A DNA stretch of 40,533 bases from Chitinophagaceae bacterium (GCA_025362915.1 JANYEU010000153.1:1-40533), one strand, 5' to 3'. Shown: positions 29,155-39,410, counted from the stretch's first letter. Notes: a model not told the origin generated them from the letters alone. Made by a program: numbers and translations.

Positions 29155-29709
29155 ATGTCTCGTATAGGTAAAAAACCAATTGTTATTCCATCTGGTGTAA
29201 CTGTTGAAATAGGAAAAGATAATATTGTTTCTGTAAAAGGACCAAAAGGTGTTTTGAAACAAGCTATTGATAGAGATATCAAGCCAGAAATAATTGGAAA
29301 CGAATTAGTAATTTCTCGGCCAACAGATCAGATACGCCACCGTGCAATGCATGGTTTATATAGATCCTTATTGAATAATCTGGTAACTGGTGTTACAATT
29401 GGTTATAAAAGAAATCTAGAATTAGTAGGTGTGGGTTATAAAGCGGTTAATACTGGTAATATACTTGATCTAGCACTAGGATATTCTCATAATATAATAT
29501 TTGAAATTCCAAATGAGTTAAAGGTTACAACTTTAACTGAAAAAGGTAAAAATCCTATCATCTCACTTGAAGGAATTGATAAGCAATTGATAGGTCAGGT
29601 AGCTGCCAAATTAAGAAGCCTACGTAAACCAGAACCGTATAAGGGTAAGGGTGTTAAGTATGTAGGTGAAGTATTGAGAAGAAAAGCAGGTAAGGCAGCA
29701 GGTAAATAA
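29155..29709 (+). CDS. rplF: 50S ribosomal protein L6
   Basis: MSRIGKKPI, VGVGYKA, PEPYKGKG. Confidence 0.99.
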   Translation: MSRIGKKPIVIPSGVTVEIGKDNIVSVKGPKGVLKQAIDRDIKPEIIGNELVISRPTDQIRHRAMHGLYRSLLNNLVTGVTIGYKRNLELVGVGYKAVNTGNILDLALGYSHNIIFEIPNELKVTTLTEKGKNPIISLEGIDKQLIGQVAAKLRSLRKPEPYKGKGVKYVGEVLRRKAGKAAGK

Positions 29710-29753
29710 TTAAAGAATTTTCTCGGCAGAGTCGGGAACATAAATAAAAGAAA

Positions 29754-30107
29754 ATGAATACTAAATTAGTTCAAAGACAAAAAATCAGGTATCGTATTCG
29801 TAAGAAAGTATCTGGAACTGCAACAAAGCCTCGTCTATCTGTATTTAGAAGCAATGCTGATATATACGCTCAACTTATTGATGACGAGAACGGTCTTACA
29901 CTCGCGGCTTCTTCATCACGTGCTAAGGATATAGAAGCTCAAAAGGTACCAAAAGTTGATAAATCTAAGTTAGTTGGAGCTGCAATTGCTTTGAAAGCTA
30001 AAGAATTAGGAATAGAAACTTGTGTATTTGACAGGGGTGGTAATTTATATCATGGTCGCATTAAGGCTGTTGCTGATGGTGCCAGAGATGGTGGTTTACA
30101 ATTTTAA
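29754..30107 (+). CDS. rplR: 50S ribosomal protein L18
   Basis: [21 protein letters not shown]. Confidence 0.99.
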   Translation: MNTKLVQRQKIRYRIRKKVSGTATKPRLSVFRSNADIYAQLIDDENGLTLAASSSRAKDIEAQKVPKVDKSKLVGAAIALKAKELGIETCVFDRGGNLYHGRIKAVADGARDGGLQF

Positions 30108-30128
30108 TTACTAAATAATATTAGATAT

Positions 30129-30650
30129 ATGTCTAAGCCAATAGATTTAAAGGTAAAAGCTGGTGGAGAAGCTGAGTTAAAGGATAAGGTAGTTGCTATC
30201 AATCGTGTTGTTAAAACAACGAAAGGTGGTCGTACTTTTAGTTTCTCTGCTCTAGTGGTTGTTGGTAATGAGGCTGGTATTGTTGGACAAGGTTTGGGAA
30301 AAGCCAAAGAAGTTCAAGAAGCCATTATTAAAGGCATTGAAGATGCTAAAAAGAATTTGGTAAAAGTTCCTATATCACATGGTACAATTCCTCATGAGCA
30401 ATTAGCAAAAGCTGGTGCGGCTAAGGTTCTTATTAGACCTGCTGCTCATGGTGCTGGCGTAATAGCTGGTGGTAGCATGAGAGCTGTATTGGAAAGTGCT
30501 GGTATTACCGATGTGTTGGCTAAAAATCTAGGATCTGCAAACCCACACAATGTAGTTAAGGCTACAATAAAGGCGCTTTCAATGCTTCGTGAACCAATTG
30601 AAATTTCCAAAACACGTGGTATTAAATTAAGTAAAGTATTTAACGGGTAA
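30129..30650 (+). CDS. rpsE: 30S ribosomal protein S5
   Basis: [23 protein letters not shown]. Confidence 0.99.
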   Translation: MSKPIDLKVKAGGEAELKDKVVAINRVVKTTKGGRTFSFSALVVVGNEAGIVGQGLGKAKEVQEAIIKGIEDAKKNLVKVPISHGTIPHEQLAKAGAAKVLIRPAAHGAGVIAGGSMRAVLESAGITDVLAKNLGSANPHNVVKATIKALSMLREPIEISKTRGIKLSKVFNG

Positions 30651-30691
30651 AACAAAATAATTATTAAGTTAAATACTAAATCATATTTATC

Positions 30692-30898
30692 ATGAATATA
30701 AAGATAACACAAGTAAAGAGTGGCATAGATAGATCTGAAAGGCAGAAGAGAACTCTTGTTGCCTTAGGTTTAAGAAAACTTAATGCTTCTAAAGAAGTAG
30801 AAGCTACTCCTCAGATTATAGGAATGATTAAGAAGGTTAGTCATTTGGTTAAAGTTGTTCCTGTTGAAGAGGTAGCTACAACTGTTTCTGGAAAGTAA
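30692..30898 (+). CDS. rpmD: 50S ribosomal protein L30
   Basis: IKITQVKS, LVALGLRK, GMIKKVSHLV. Confidence 0.98.
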   Translation: MNIKITQVKSGIDRSERQKRTLVALGLRKLNASKEVEATPQIIGMIKKVSHLVKVVPVEEVATTVSGK

Positions 30899-30983
30899 TT
30901 TTTGGAAAAGTACCCTGCATTATTTGCAAGTAAATTTAAACAATAGCGAGGGGTGATACCCCGTAAGTACAAAATCATTAAAT

Positions 30984-31433
30984 ATGAAATTACATACTCT
31001 AAAACCTGCAGAAGGTTCTACACACAAAGAGAAAAGATTAGGTCGTGGTGAAGCAAGCGGAAAGGGCGGAACTTCAACTAAAGGTAATAAAGGTAGTCAA
31101 CAAAGAGCTGGTTATCAACGTAAGAATGCCCATGAAGGTGGACAGATGCCAATTCAACGTCGTATTCCAAAACGTGGATTCAAAAATCCAGACAGAGTAG
31201 AATACACAGTATTTAATCTTGGACAAATTGATCAATTAAATGAAAAATATGCCTTCTCTGAATTCTCTGTAGAAAGTCTTTATTCTAATGGATTAATTTC
31301 TAAAACAGATAAGGTAAAGATATTGGCTACTGGAGAATTGAAATCTAAGCTTCCATTTAAAGTAAATGCTTTGAGTGCTAAGGCGAAAGAATTAATTGAG
31401 TCTGCGGGTGGCACTGTTGAAATTGTAAGATGA
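30984..31433 (+). CDS. rplO: 50S ribosomal protein L15
   Basis: RLGRGEASGKG, EGGQMPIQRRIPKRGF. Confidence 0.99.
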   Translation: MKLHTLKPAEGSTHKEKRLGRGEASGKGGTSTKGNKGSQQRAGYQRKNAHEGGQMPIQRRIPKRGFKNPDRVEYTVFNLGQIDQLNEKYAFSEFSVESLYSNGLISKTDKVKILATGELKSKLPFKVNALSAKAKELIESAGGTVEIVR

Positions 31434-31449
31434 TTTAACTTACTTTGCA

Positions 31450-31477
31450 GGCGCATCAATAACTGATGCGTCTTTTT
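31450..31477 (+). terminator. Intrinsic terminator-like hairpin between rplO and secY
   Basis: GGCGCATCA-ATAAC-TGATGCGTC-TTTTT. Confidence 0.7.
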
Positions 31478-31512
31478 GGTTTTAGGTGTTTATTTTAACT
31501 CAAGCGATTAAA

Positions 31513-32871
31513 GTGAAAAAATTCATAGATACAATTAAAAATATTGGGGCGATAGAAGAATTACGTAATAAGATAATCGTAACTCTTGCTCTCGTATTGA
31601 CTTACAGATTAGGTACACAGATTACGCTTCCCGGAATAAACCCCAATTTATTAGAAGCTGCCAAAGCTGGTAGTTCTAAAAATGGTTTATTAGGGTTGTT
31701 TGATACATTTGCCGGTGGTGCGTTCTCTCAAGCGTCAATATTGGCTTTGGGTATAATGCCCTACATTTCTGCTTCCATCTTTATGCAGTTGATGACCATC
31801 TTGATTCCTCAGTTACAGAAAGTTCAAAAGGAAGGAGAAAGCGGTAGAAATAAAATCAATCAGTGGACTCGTTACCTTACCATAATTGTTACCATGTTTC
31901 AGGCTGGTGCTTATGTGGCTTATCTTAAAAGTCCAGGTTATGCAGAAGCTTTGATTCCTTCTTATCAACCCTTCTTTGCGTTCTCTACTATCATTACACT
32001 ATCTGCGGGTACATTGTTTGTAATGTGGCTTGGTGAAAAGATTCAAGATAAAGGATTAGGTAATGGTACTTCTATCATCATCATGGTAGGTATCCTTGCA
32101 CGTCTTCCGCAATCTATCTTACAGGAGTTTACTGCCAAGAGCGAGAAAGGCGGTGGTGGTTTATTAATCTTTTTGATTGAAGTAGCTATATTGGTTACTA
32201 TCATCATGGGGTTAATTATACTTGTACAAGGTGTTCGTAAAATACCTGTAAATTACGCCAAGCAAATCATTGGAAACAGACAATTTGGTGGAGCCCGTCA
32301 GTTTTTGCCTGTAAAGGTTAATAGTGCTGGTGTAATGCCAATCATCTTTGCGCAAGCAATCATGTTCTTACCAACTCTTGTTTCGTTCACTAACCTTGAT
32401 TCTGCAAAAGGTTTTGTACGTGTATTTAGTGATCACAGCAATCCTTGGTACATGGTTATCTACTCTGTAATGGTTGTAGGATTTACCTTCCTATACACTG
32501 CATTGATATTCAATCCCAAGCAAATAGCTGAAGATTTAAAACGCAACAATGGGTTTGTGCCTGGTGTTAAACCTGGTGAACCAACTGCTGATTATATCGG
32601 TGCTATCATGGATAAAATTACTTTGCCTGGTGCTATATTTCTTGCCATAGTAGGTATCATGCCTGGGTTTGCACAACGTCTGGGCGTAACACAATCTTTC
32701 AGTACTTTCTTTGGTGGTACAAGTTTGTTAATCATGGTTGGTGTTGTTCTTGATACACTTCAACAAATTGAAACCTACTTATTGATGCGTCAGTATGATG
32801 GGCTAATGTCTGGCGGCAGTCGTATTCAAGGTAGGCAACAAAGCATTAGCACCCCTACTACTACTATTTAA
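31513..32871 (+). CDS. secY: Preprotein translocase subunit SecY
   Basis: LGIMPYISASI, GLGNGTS, AGVMPIIFA, GGTSLLIMVGV; GTG 31513 preferred. Confidence 0.99.
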   Translation: MKKFIDTIKNIGAIEELRNKIIVTLALVLTYRLGTQITLPGINPNLLEAAKAGSSKNGLLGLFDTFAGGAFSQASILALGIMPYISASIFMQLMTILIPQLQKVQKEGESGRNKINQWTRYLTIIVTMFQAGAYVAYLKSPGYAEALIPSYQPFFAFSTIITLSAGTLFVMWLGEKIQDKGLGNGTSIIIMVGILARLPQSILQEFTAKSEKGGGGLLIFLIEVAILVTIIMGLIILVQGVRKIPVNYAKQIIGNRQFGGARQFLPVKVNSAGVMPIIFAQAIMFLPTLVSFTNLDSAKGFVRVFSDHSNPWYMVIYSVMVVGFTFLYTALIFNPKQIAEDLKRNNGFVPGVKPGEPTADYIGAIMDKITLPGAIFLAIVGIMPGFAQRLGVTQSFSTFFGGTSLLIMVGVVLDTLQQIETYLLMRQYDGLMSGGSRIQGRQQSISTPTTTI

Positions 32872-32896
32872 GTAATTAGATAAATCTTTGGATAAG

Positions 32897-32927
32897 AAAC
32901 CTGTTAGTAGTACTGACAGGTTTTTTT
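32897..32927 (+). terminator. Intrinsic terminator after secY
   Basis: AAACCTGTTAG-TAGTA-CTGACAGGTTT within a T7 tail. Confidence 0.8.
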
Positions 32928-32948
32928 ATGTAAAACGAATGAAGTAAT

Positions 32949-33779
32949 ATGAGTCACGGGAAAAACATTGTTTACTACAAGACTGAATATGAGGTTGGTT
33001 TAATGAAGGATGCTGCTGTACTTGTAAGTAAAACCCTTACTGAAGTAGCAAAAGTGCTAAAGGCGGGGATGACAACCTTACAAATAGATACACTTTGTGC
33101 AAGTTTCATAAAAGACCATAAGGCTATACCCTCTTTTTATAACTATAGTGGTTATCCTCATAATATTTGTGCGAGTGTGAATGATGTTGTTGTACATGGC
33201 TTTCCAAATAATACCCCATTAGAAGATGGAGACATTGTAAGTATTGATTTTGGTGTTATCCTGAATGGCTGGCATGGAGATCATGCCTATACTTTTGTTA
33301 TTGGTGATACTACTGATGAGGTAAAACAACTGGTTCGGGTAACCAAAGAAAGTTTGTATAAGGGTATTGAAAAGGCAGTTGTAAATAACAGAATTGGAGA
33401 TATTGCTTTTGCCATACAAGAGCATACTGAAAGAAAACACAAGTACGGTGTAGTAAGAGAATTGGTTGGACATGGGTTGGGTAAAAGCCTCCATGAAGAT
33501 CCTCAAATGCCTAACTACGGTACTAGGGGCAATGGTATGAAACTAAAGGAAAACTTGGTTTTGGCTATTGAACCGATGATTAATATGGGTACTAGAGATG
33601 TATTTACAGACAAGGATGCTTGGACAGTAAGGACAAGAGATGGTAAGCCTTCTGTTCATTTTGAACACGATGTTTGTGTAAAGCGTAATAAGGCCCTCAT
33701 TTTATCAGACTATAGTATTATCGAAGCGGCAGAGCAGGCCAATGGCAATCTTACCTCTTCGCCGGTTATTAGTTTTTAA
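32949..33779 (+). CDS. map: Type I methionine aminopeptidase
   Basis: SVNDVVVHG, GHGLG, LHEDP, AIEPM, HFEH. Confidence 0.98.
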   Translation: MSHGKNIVYYKTEYEVGLMKDAAVLVSKTLTEVAKVLKAGMTTLQIDTLCASFIKDHKAIPSFYNYSGYPHNICASVNDVVVHGFPNNTPLEDGDIVSIDFGVILNGWHGDHAYTFVIGDTTDEVKQLVRVTKESLYKGIEKAVVNNRIGDIAFAIQEHTERKHKYGVVRELVGHGLGKSLHEDPQMPNYGTRGNGMKLKENLVLAIEPMINMGTRDVFTDKDAWTVRTRDGKPSVHFEHDVCVKRNKALILSDYSIIEAAEQANGNLTSSPVISF

Positions 33780-33796
33780 TCCCACCCTCAATAACA

Positions 33797-33815
33797 CTCC
33801 TTTAGGGGATGGGGG
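33797..33815 (+). repeat. C-run/G-run hairpin with G tail (copy 2)
   Basis: CTCCTTTAGGGGATGGGGG. Confidence 0.5.
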
Positions 33816-33833
33816 TTTAATGGTTTCTATAAT

Positions 33834-35942
33834 ATGCGTTTGTACCCTGAATCGGCAGCCAATCAACTAGAGTTTGATAAGGTAAAAAACTTATTGGTCA
33901 ATCACTGCAAAACGGTGTATGCCCAACATAAGGCTGCCGATCTGCGCATACATACCAAAAAGGAATACATAGAACTGGAGTTGAATCAGACGCATGAATA
34001 CAAGATGTTTTTGCAGCAGTCTATGTATTTTCCGAATGACTTCACTTTTAATATCCAGAAAGATGTCAAGCTATTGGGGATACCCGGTGCCATGCTTGTT
34101 AGCGAACAATGGATTCAAATTAGAAAATTAACCGAAGAAGCTGGTAATATATTTCGTTGGTTTGATGCCGAAAGGCGTTTGGCTTATCCTTCCTTATCAA
34201 AGGTTATAGAAAATTCGTATTACGAGAAGGTCATCAATGAGTTGATAAATGAAATACTTGACGAAACTGGTATTGTAAAAGACAATGCGAGCGAAGACTT
34301 GGCTAGAATAAGGATGACACTCTATAAACGTAGGAACGACTTGCGACGGATGTTTGAAAAAGTGGTTGCCAAGCTAAACAAAGCAGGGTACTCGGCTGAA
34401 ATTGATGAGGGTTTCAGTAACGGTAGGAGAGTGGTGGCGGTTTTTGCAGAGCATAAGCGTCATGTAAAAGGTATTTTGCATGGGGAGAGCGACAGCCGCA
34501 AAACTGCTTTTATTGAGCCAGAGGAAACCATTCCGCTCAATAACGAAGTGTTTTCTTTAGAGAATGATGAAGTCCGTGAGGTGCATCGTATCCTGCGGGC
34601 ATTAACTGCAAAACTTTCTGTTTATTCCCCATTGTTGATGGGGTATCTGGAACTGATTGGCGAGTTTGATTTCATCAAGGCAAAGGCAAAACTTGCCATT
34701 GATATGAATGCAAACCTGCCCAATCTATTGGATAAGGCACACCTGGAATTAAAGGATGCCTATCATCCATTATTGTTTCTATACAATAAGTTGAGTGGCA
34801 AAAAGACTATTCCAGTTACACTTACATTGGATAGTCAGAATAGGATATTGGTTATAAGTGGCCCCAATGCAGGTGGTAAGACTGTTACCATGAAAACAAT
34901 CGGCCTCAATCAGGTGATGTTGCAAAGTGGTCTTCTGGTGCCGGTGAATCCTAATTCTCAGATGGGTATTTTCAAGCAACTATTCATACATATCGGCGAT
35001 ACGCAAAGTATAGAATTTGAGTTGAGTACCTATTCTTCCCATTTGCAGCACATGAAACATTTCATAGAGGTTGCCAATGGAAAGACCTTATTCTTCATAG
35101 ATGAATTAGGTAGTGGCAGCGATCCTAATCTGGGTGGTGCTTTTGCCGAAGTAATCATGGAAGAACTTGGTCGCCGACATGCCATGGGTATTGTCACCAC
35201 GCATTACCTGAACCTGAAAGTGATGGCAAACCGTACGCAGGGCATCATTAATGGAGCCATGCAGTTTGATGAGGTTCATTTGTTGCCTATGTATAAACTG
35301 TTGGTGGGTAAGCCTGGCAGTAGTTATACTTTTGCCATTGCCGAGCGTATTGGCTTGCCAAAACATTTGATAAGTCGCGCAAGGGATTTAGTGGATGAAG
35401 ACCATTTTAAGTTGGATAAACTTCTCAACCGTACCGAGCAGGACTTGCAGCAATTGGACATTGAAAAGAAAGATTTACACAAGCTGATCAGGGAAAACGA
35501 GAAGTTGAAGAAAGAGATGGAAGTGGTATTGGATAGGGAACGCCACCGCCAGCAGGTAGAAACCTTAAAACACCAGAACCAGATAACTGAAGAAAGGTTG
35601 GGCTACCTGAAAGATATGGAGCGCAAGCTAAAACAGATAGTGCTGGATTGGAAGAAGGCAGAAGACAAGAACACGGTTATCAAGAACTTGCAGACGATGT
35701 TGTTTAAAAGCCCTGAAAAGATAGTGGTGAACAAACTTGCCAAGAAAGTGGATACCAAGTTTAAGGAAACCAAGGCTGATATTGTTATTGGCACATTGGT
35801 GAAACTAAAAAAGAATTATCAGGTGGGTGAGGTGAAAGAGATAAGGGGCAAGAGGGCTATTGTACAAATTGGAACGCTACCCATGAACGTAGAATTGGTC
35901 GATTTAGTGGCAGTAGAAAAGATAATTGAGGCAGAGAAGTAA
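33834..35942 (+). CDS. mutS2: MutS2-family ATPase ending in a KOW domain, no Smr
   Basis: LEFDKV, FIEP, GPNAGGKT, STYSSH, IDELGSGSDP, TTHY, GKPGSS; coiled coil then KOW-like C-terminus. Confidence 0.95.
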   Translation: MRLYPESAANQLEFDKVKNLLVNHCKTVYAQHKAADLRIHTKKEYIELELNQTHEYKMFLQQSMYFPNDFTFNIQKDVKLLGIPGAMLVSEQWIQIRKLTEEAGNIFRWFDAERRLAYPSLSKVIENSYYEKVINELINEILDETGIVKDNASEDLARIRMTLYKRRNDLRRMFEKVVAKLNKAGYSAEIDEGFSNGRRVVAVFAEHKRHVKGILHGESDSRKTAFIEPEETIPLNNEVFSLENDEVREVHRILRALTAKLSVYSPLLMGYLELIGEFDFIKAKAKLAIDMNANLPNLLDKAHLELKDAYHPLLFLYNKLSGKKTIPVTLTLDSQNRILVISGPNAGGKTVTMKTIGLNQVMLQSGLLVPVNPNSQMGIFKQLFIHIGDTQSIEFELSTYSSHLQHMKHFIEVANGKTLFFIDELGSGSDPNLGGAFAEVIMEELGRRHAMGIVTTHYLNLKVMANRTQGIINGAMQFDEVHLLPMYKLLVGKPGSSYTFAIAERIGLPKHLISRARDLVDEDHFKLDKLLNRTEQDLQQLDIEKKDLHKLIRENEKLKKEMEVVLDRERHRQQVETLKHQNQITEERLGYLKDMERKLKQIVLDWKKAEDKNTVIKNLQTMLFKSPEKIVVNKLAKKVDTKFKETKADIVIGTLVKLKKNYQVGEVKEIRGKRAIVQIGTLPMNVELVDLVAVEKIIEAEK

Positions 35943-36122
35943 TAAATAACTAATTTCAAACAATTTCTAAGGTGATTTAAGCACTTTAATTAGAAATATT
36001 TTATAATCGCTTGTCATTACTACAAATTGTTGAACAATATTTTATAACTTTACGCACTTAGACCATTTTATATACTGAATGCGTATATGTACTAGTTAAA
36101 TGGATTAAATAATATAATAATC

Positions 36123-36878
36123 ATGGAAGCAAAAAAGAAAATATTACTGATAGAGGATTCGAGTATGTTCGTTGAACTGATTGATAGGTTGCTACAATTA
36201 GAATTTGAAATGCTCAATCTAACAGAAACAAGTAAGGCAATGGAAACCTGCAAATCTTTCCAGCCCGATTTAATTCTTTTGGACATCATGCTTTCCGGAA
36301 ATGATAATGGGCTTGATTTCTTACAGCGTATCAAAAACAACGAAGAGTTTTCGTATATCCCTGTTATACTTATCTCTTCTGTATCCTCAAACGATGTTAT
36401 AGAGGAAGGATTACGCTTGGGAGCAAACGATTATCTGGTAAAACCAATAGAATTAAAGAACTTGGTATTCAAGATAAAGAACCTTCTTTTTATCAGTGAA
36501 AAGAGTGGGCAGCGGGCAGTAATGGAGAATAATATCCCTTTTGAAGTAAATCCTTCCAGGGCATCCAACATCATAGAGCAAATAAACAAGATTTCAGACA
36601 AGAGTATCAATGAAGGTAAAGAAGTAAATATTGTAGAGATAGCCAACGAATTAAATATCAGCCACAGTACCCTCAACAGGATACTCAAAAGTAAATTGGG
36701 GGTAACCGCCGTAAATTATATACTAAAGAGAAAGCTGGAAAAAGCACGGATACTCATATTTAGCGATAGAGGTATGTCTATGAAAGAGATTGCATCATCC
36801 CTTGGCTTCAACTCACTTTCCTATTTCTCCAAATGCTATAGGGATCAGTTTGGTCATACACCCACAAAAACAAAATAA
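36123..36878 (+). CDS. Response regulator, receiver + AraC-type HTH
   Basis: LLIEDS, LILLDIML, DYLVKP; LGFNSLSYFSKCYRDQFGHTP. Confidence 0.93.
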   Translation: MEAKKKILLIEDSSMFVELIDRLLQLEFEMLNLTETSKAMETCKSFQPDLILLDIMLSGNDNGLDFLQRIKNNEEFSYIPVILISSVSSNDVIEEGLRLGANDYLVKPIELKNLVFKIKNLLFISEKSGQRAVMENNIPFEVNPSRASNIIEQINKISDKSINEGKEVNIVEIANELNISHSTLNRILKSKLGVTAVNYILKRKLEKARILIFSDRGMSMKEIASSLGFNSLSYFSKCYRDQFGHTPTKTK

Positions 36879-36915
36879 GGTAAATAGTGCCAAGGCAATT
36901 TGCTGCGTTTGCTGG

Positions 36916-36947
36916 CCCTTCTCTTTTAGAGAAGGGTTGGGGTGAGG
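36916..36947 (+). repeat. C-run/G-run hairpin with G tail (copy 3)
   Basis: CCCTTCTCT-TTT-AGAGAAGGG-TTGGGGTGAGG. Confidence 0.65.
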
Positions 36948-37125
36948 TATAAATGAAGGTGTAAAATCTTATATCAAACTCATGTTATTTTAGCATGGCT
37001 ATGCTGAAACCTTCTTATTCAAATCAGTAACCATTCTACGGGTTCTCCGTACCAACAAATCAGCGACTTCCTGCGGTTAATTTTTTCTTTTTTTCTTAAC
37101 TTAATCACATTGCCCCCTTGCCCGT

Positions 37126-37133
37126 TACATTTG
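37126..37133 (+). promoter_or_regulatory. -7 promoter element for ychF
   Basis: TACATTTG 21 nt before the ATG. Confidence 0.6.
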
Positions 37134-37154
37134 CACCTCAAAAAATAGTAAGTA

Positions 37155-38258
37155 ATGAGTTTGCAAGCAGGAATAGTTGGGTTGCCGAACGTGGGGAAAT
37201 CTACTTTGTTTAATGCGGTTAGTAATAGTGCCAAGGCACAGGCGAGCAATTATCGCTTTTGCACCATCGAGCCAAATGTAGGTTTGGTGGATGTACCCGA
37301 TGCCCGTATAGATAAACTGGCAGAATTGGTAAAACCAAACCGAACCGTTCCTACTCAATTAGAAATAGTGGACATAGCCGGATTGGTAAAAGGGGCGAGT
37401 AAGGGAGAAGGATTAGGCAATAAGTTTCTGGGAAACATTAGGGAAGTGGATGCCATCATACATGTGATACGTTGTTTTGAAGATGAGAATGTGCTGCGTG
37501 AAGAGGGAGCGATAAACCCGGTGAGCGATAAGGAAATAATAGATACCGAGCTTCAACTGAAGGATTTGGATAGCGTAGAAAAAAAGTGGAGTAAGGTAGA
37601 AAAGATGGCTAGGGTTGGTAGCGATACCAAGGCAAAGGCGGAGTTTGAGATACTTACCCGTTGCAAGGAGTGTTTGTTGCAAGGGAAAAGCATCCGTACC
37701 TTAAACCTTGATAAGGAAGAGAAATTGGCAACGGCAGATTTATTTTTATTGACTGATAAACCAGTGCTTTATGTAGCCAATGTGGACGAAGCAAGTATGC
37801 ACACGGGCAATAAATACTCTGAAATATTGAAGGCTGCTGTGAAGGCGGAGGGGGCAGAAGTAATCATCATGAACAATAGTATCGAAGCACAGATAGCTGA
37901 ATTGGAAAATGCGGAGGACAAGGAAATGTTTATGGATGAATATAAAATGACACAACCAGCACTGAATAGATTAATTTTATCTGCGTATAACCTATTGGGA
38001 TTGGATACCTATTTTACTGCTGGTGTGCAGGAAGTAAGGGCATGGACGATACATAAAGGCTGGAAAGCACCGCAGGCAGCAAGTGTGATACACACTGATT
38101 TTGAAAAAGGGTTTATCAAGGCGGAAGTGATAGCCTTTGATGATTTTGTAAAATATGGCAGTGAGGCCGCTTGTAGGGATAATGGCAGATTGAGGATTGA
38201 AGGCAAGGAATACATTGTGAAAGATGGCGACGTGATGCACTTTAGGTTTAATGTGTAG
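37155..38258 (+). CDS. ychF: Ribosome-binding ATPase YchF
   Basis: [45 protein letters not shown]. Confidence 0.99.
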   Translation: MSLQAGIVGLPNVGKSTLFNAVSNSAKAQASNYRFCTIEPNVGLVDVPDARIDKLAELVKPNRTVPTQLEIVDIAGLVKGASKGEGLGNKFLGNIREVDAIIHVIRCFEDENVLREEGAINPVSDKEIIDTELQLKDLDSVEKKWSKVEKMARVGSDTKAKAEFEILTRCKECLLQGKSIRTLNLDKEEKLATADLFLLTDKPVLYVANVDEASMHTGNKYSEILKAAVKAEGAEVIIMNNSIEAQIAELENAEDKEMFMDEYKMTQPALNRLILSAYNLLGLDTYFTAGVQEVRAWTIHKGWKAPQAASVIHTDFEKGFIKAEVIAFDDFVKYGSEAACRDNGRLRIEGKEYIVKDGDVMHFRFNV

Positions 38259-38292
38259 TACGTTGTACGTATTAAGTTATAGGTTTTAAGTA

Positions 38293-38336
38293 AAAAGAAA
38301 GGGGCTATTGCATCACTGCAATAGCCCCTTTCTTTT
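38293..38336. terminator. Bidirectional terminator
   Basis: AAAAGAAAGGGGCTATTGCA-TCAC-TGCAATAGCCCCTTTCTTTT, perfect 20-bp stem between convergent genes. Confidence 0.9.
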
Positions 38337-39302
38337 ATAATTTTTGTAAGCATAAATTGCTTTAACCAATTCCACATCCAAGCGATGCATAATGCCTGTT
38401 GTCAATTGAACGTTTGTTATGGTGAGTGGAGTGTATCCGGGTGCAGAAATAACAACTGTGTAGAGTGCTTCGCTCATTTTTAGTTCTAGTATAATGCCAT
38501 CGGCTACGGCTACTTCGGCACCGGGCTGCACAGATGCCGTGAAGTTGGTAATGTTTACCTTCGATACACTATCAGACCCTGTTATGCGCATTCCTGTGGT
38601 GCCATTGCCTGTTACTTTTCCTAAAACGGTGTCAAACGTAAATATTGCCTTTCGGGTGGCATCGTTTTCAAAAATCAATTGTCCATCATTCAGCATGTTT
38701 CTCAAAGTGGTATAAACCCCATTGTTGGCTTTCATTTTATCACTTGTTTCTCCAGCCGTAGCTTGGGCAGAAAGTAAATAACTTTTATAAACGGTTTCAA
38801 AAGCAGTTTTGTCATTGGTATAGGTGGCAATAAATGCAGTGGGCATATTGTTGCCAATCATTTCCAGATCTGCGGTATTATTTGTTATAAATAGTTGTCC
38901 ATCGGTAATCATGGTATTCATTTCTTCCCAGCCCTCATTGTAAGCTGCGTGGTACGAACTATTGCCTGCCGATTTAAGCATTGCTACAGTGGAAGTGGGA
39001 AATGCCTCTTCTATATAGCTTTTCAGTTTCCGCTGGTTAGCAAGGCAGGTAACGCCTAATGGCACCAAGGCAATCCTTACAGATTCTGGCAATGAATTTC
39101 TTGTTCCTTGATTGGGTAACAATTTTGCCGCCGCCAAGGCTGCCAATGCGGTTGTGGCAAGGGCTGTAGTGTATTTTCCTTTAAAAGCTGTAAACTGGGC
39201 AAGGTTTGTATTGTAGTTGGTCCAAACAACAGCTGCTACTGTATATAATGATTGTTGTGAACAGCCGTACAGAGGTTGAATCCCCTTTTTTTTCTTAGAC
39301 AT
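38313..39302 (-). CDS. Hypothetical protein: helical N-terminal region plus carboxypeptidase-regulatory-like beta-sandwich
   Basis: 329 aa, no signal peptide; C-terminal YTVVISAPGY...VQLTTG...LDVEL. Confidence 0.85.
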   Translation of the reverse strand: MSKKKKGIQPLYGCSQQSLYTVAAVVWTNYNTNLAQFTAFKGKYTTALATTALAALAAAKLLPNQGTRNSLPESVRIALVPLGVTCLANQRKLKSYIEEAFPTSTVAMLKSAGNSSYHAAYNEGWEEMNTMITDGQLFITNNTADLEMIGNNMPTAFIATYTNDKTAFETVYKSYLLSAQATAGETSDKMKANNGVYTTLRNMLNDGQLIFENDATRKAIFTFDTVLGKVTGNGTTGMRITGSDSVSKVNITNFTASVQPGAEVAVADGIILELKMSEALYTVVISAPGYTPLTITNVQLTTGIMHRLDVELVKAIYAYKNYKRKGLLQ

Positions 39303-39365
39303 AATAGCAATTTTATTTGCACAAGGTATTGTAACTAATTGGAATAAAAAATTATTTTATTTTTA

Positions 39366-39410
39366 AACCCTTATAGGGTTCCAAGCCCCTATAAGGGTTG
39401 CGGTTGCGGT
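39366..39410. repeat. REP doublet 3' of the RAYT gene, with GGTTGC tail
   Basis: AACCCTTATAGGG-TTCCAAGC-CCCTATAAGGGTT then GCGGTTGCGGT. Confidence 0.93.

Noticed and set aside
767-38715. Many short antisense or overlapping ORFs in the track (e.g. 6601-7026, 15307-15714, 21717-21998, 38009-38377)
   Set aside because: They shadow well-supported genes and show no recognisable motifs
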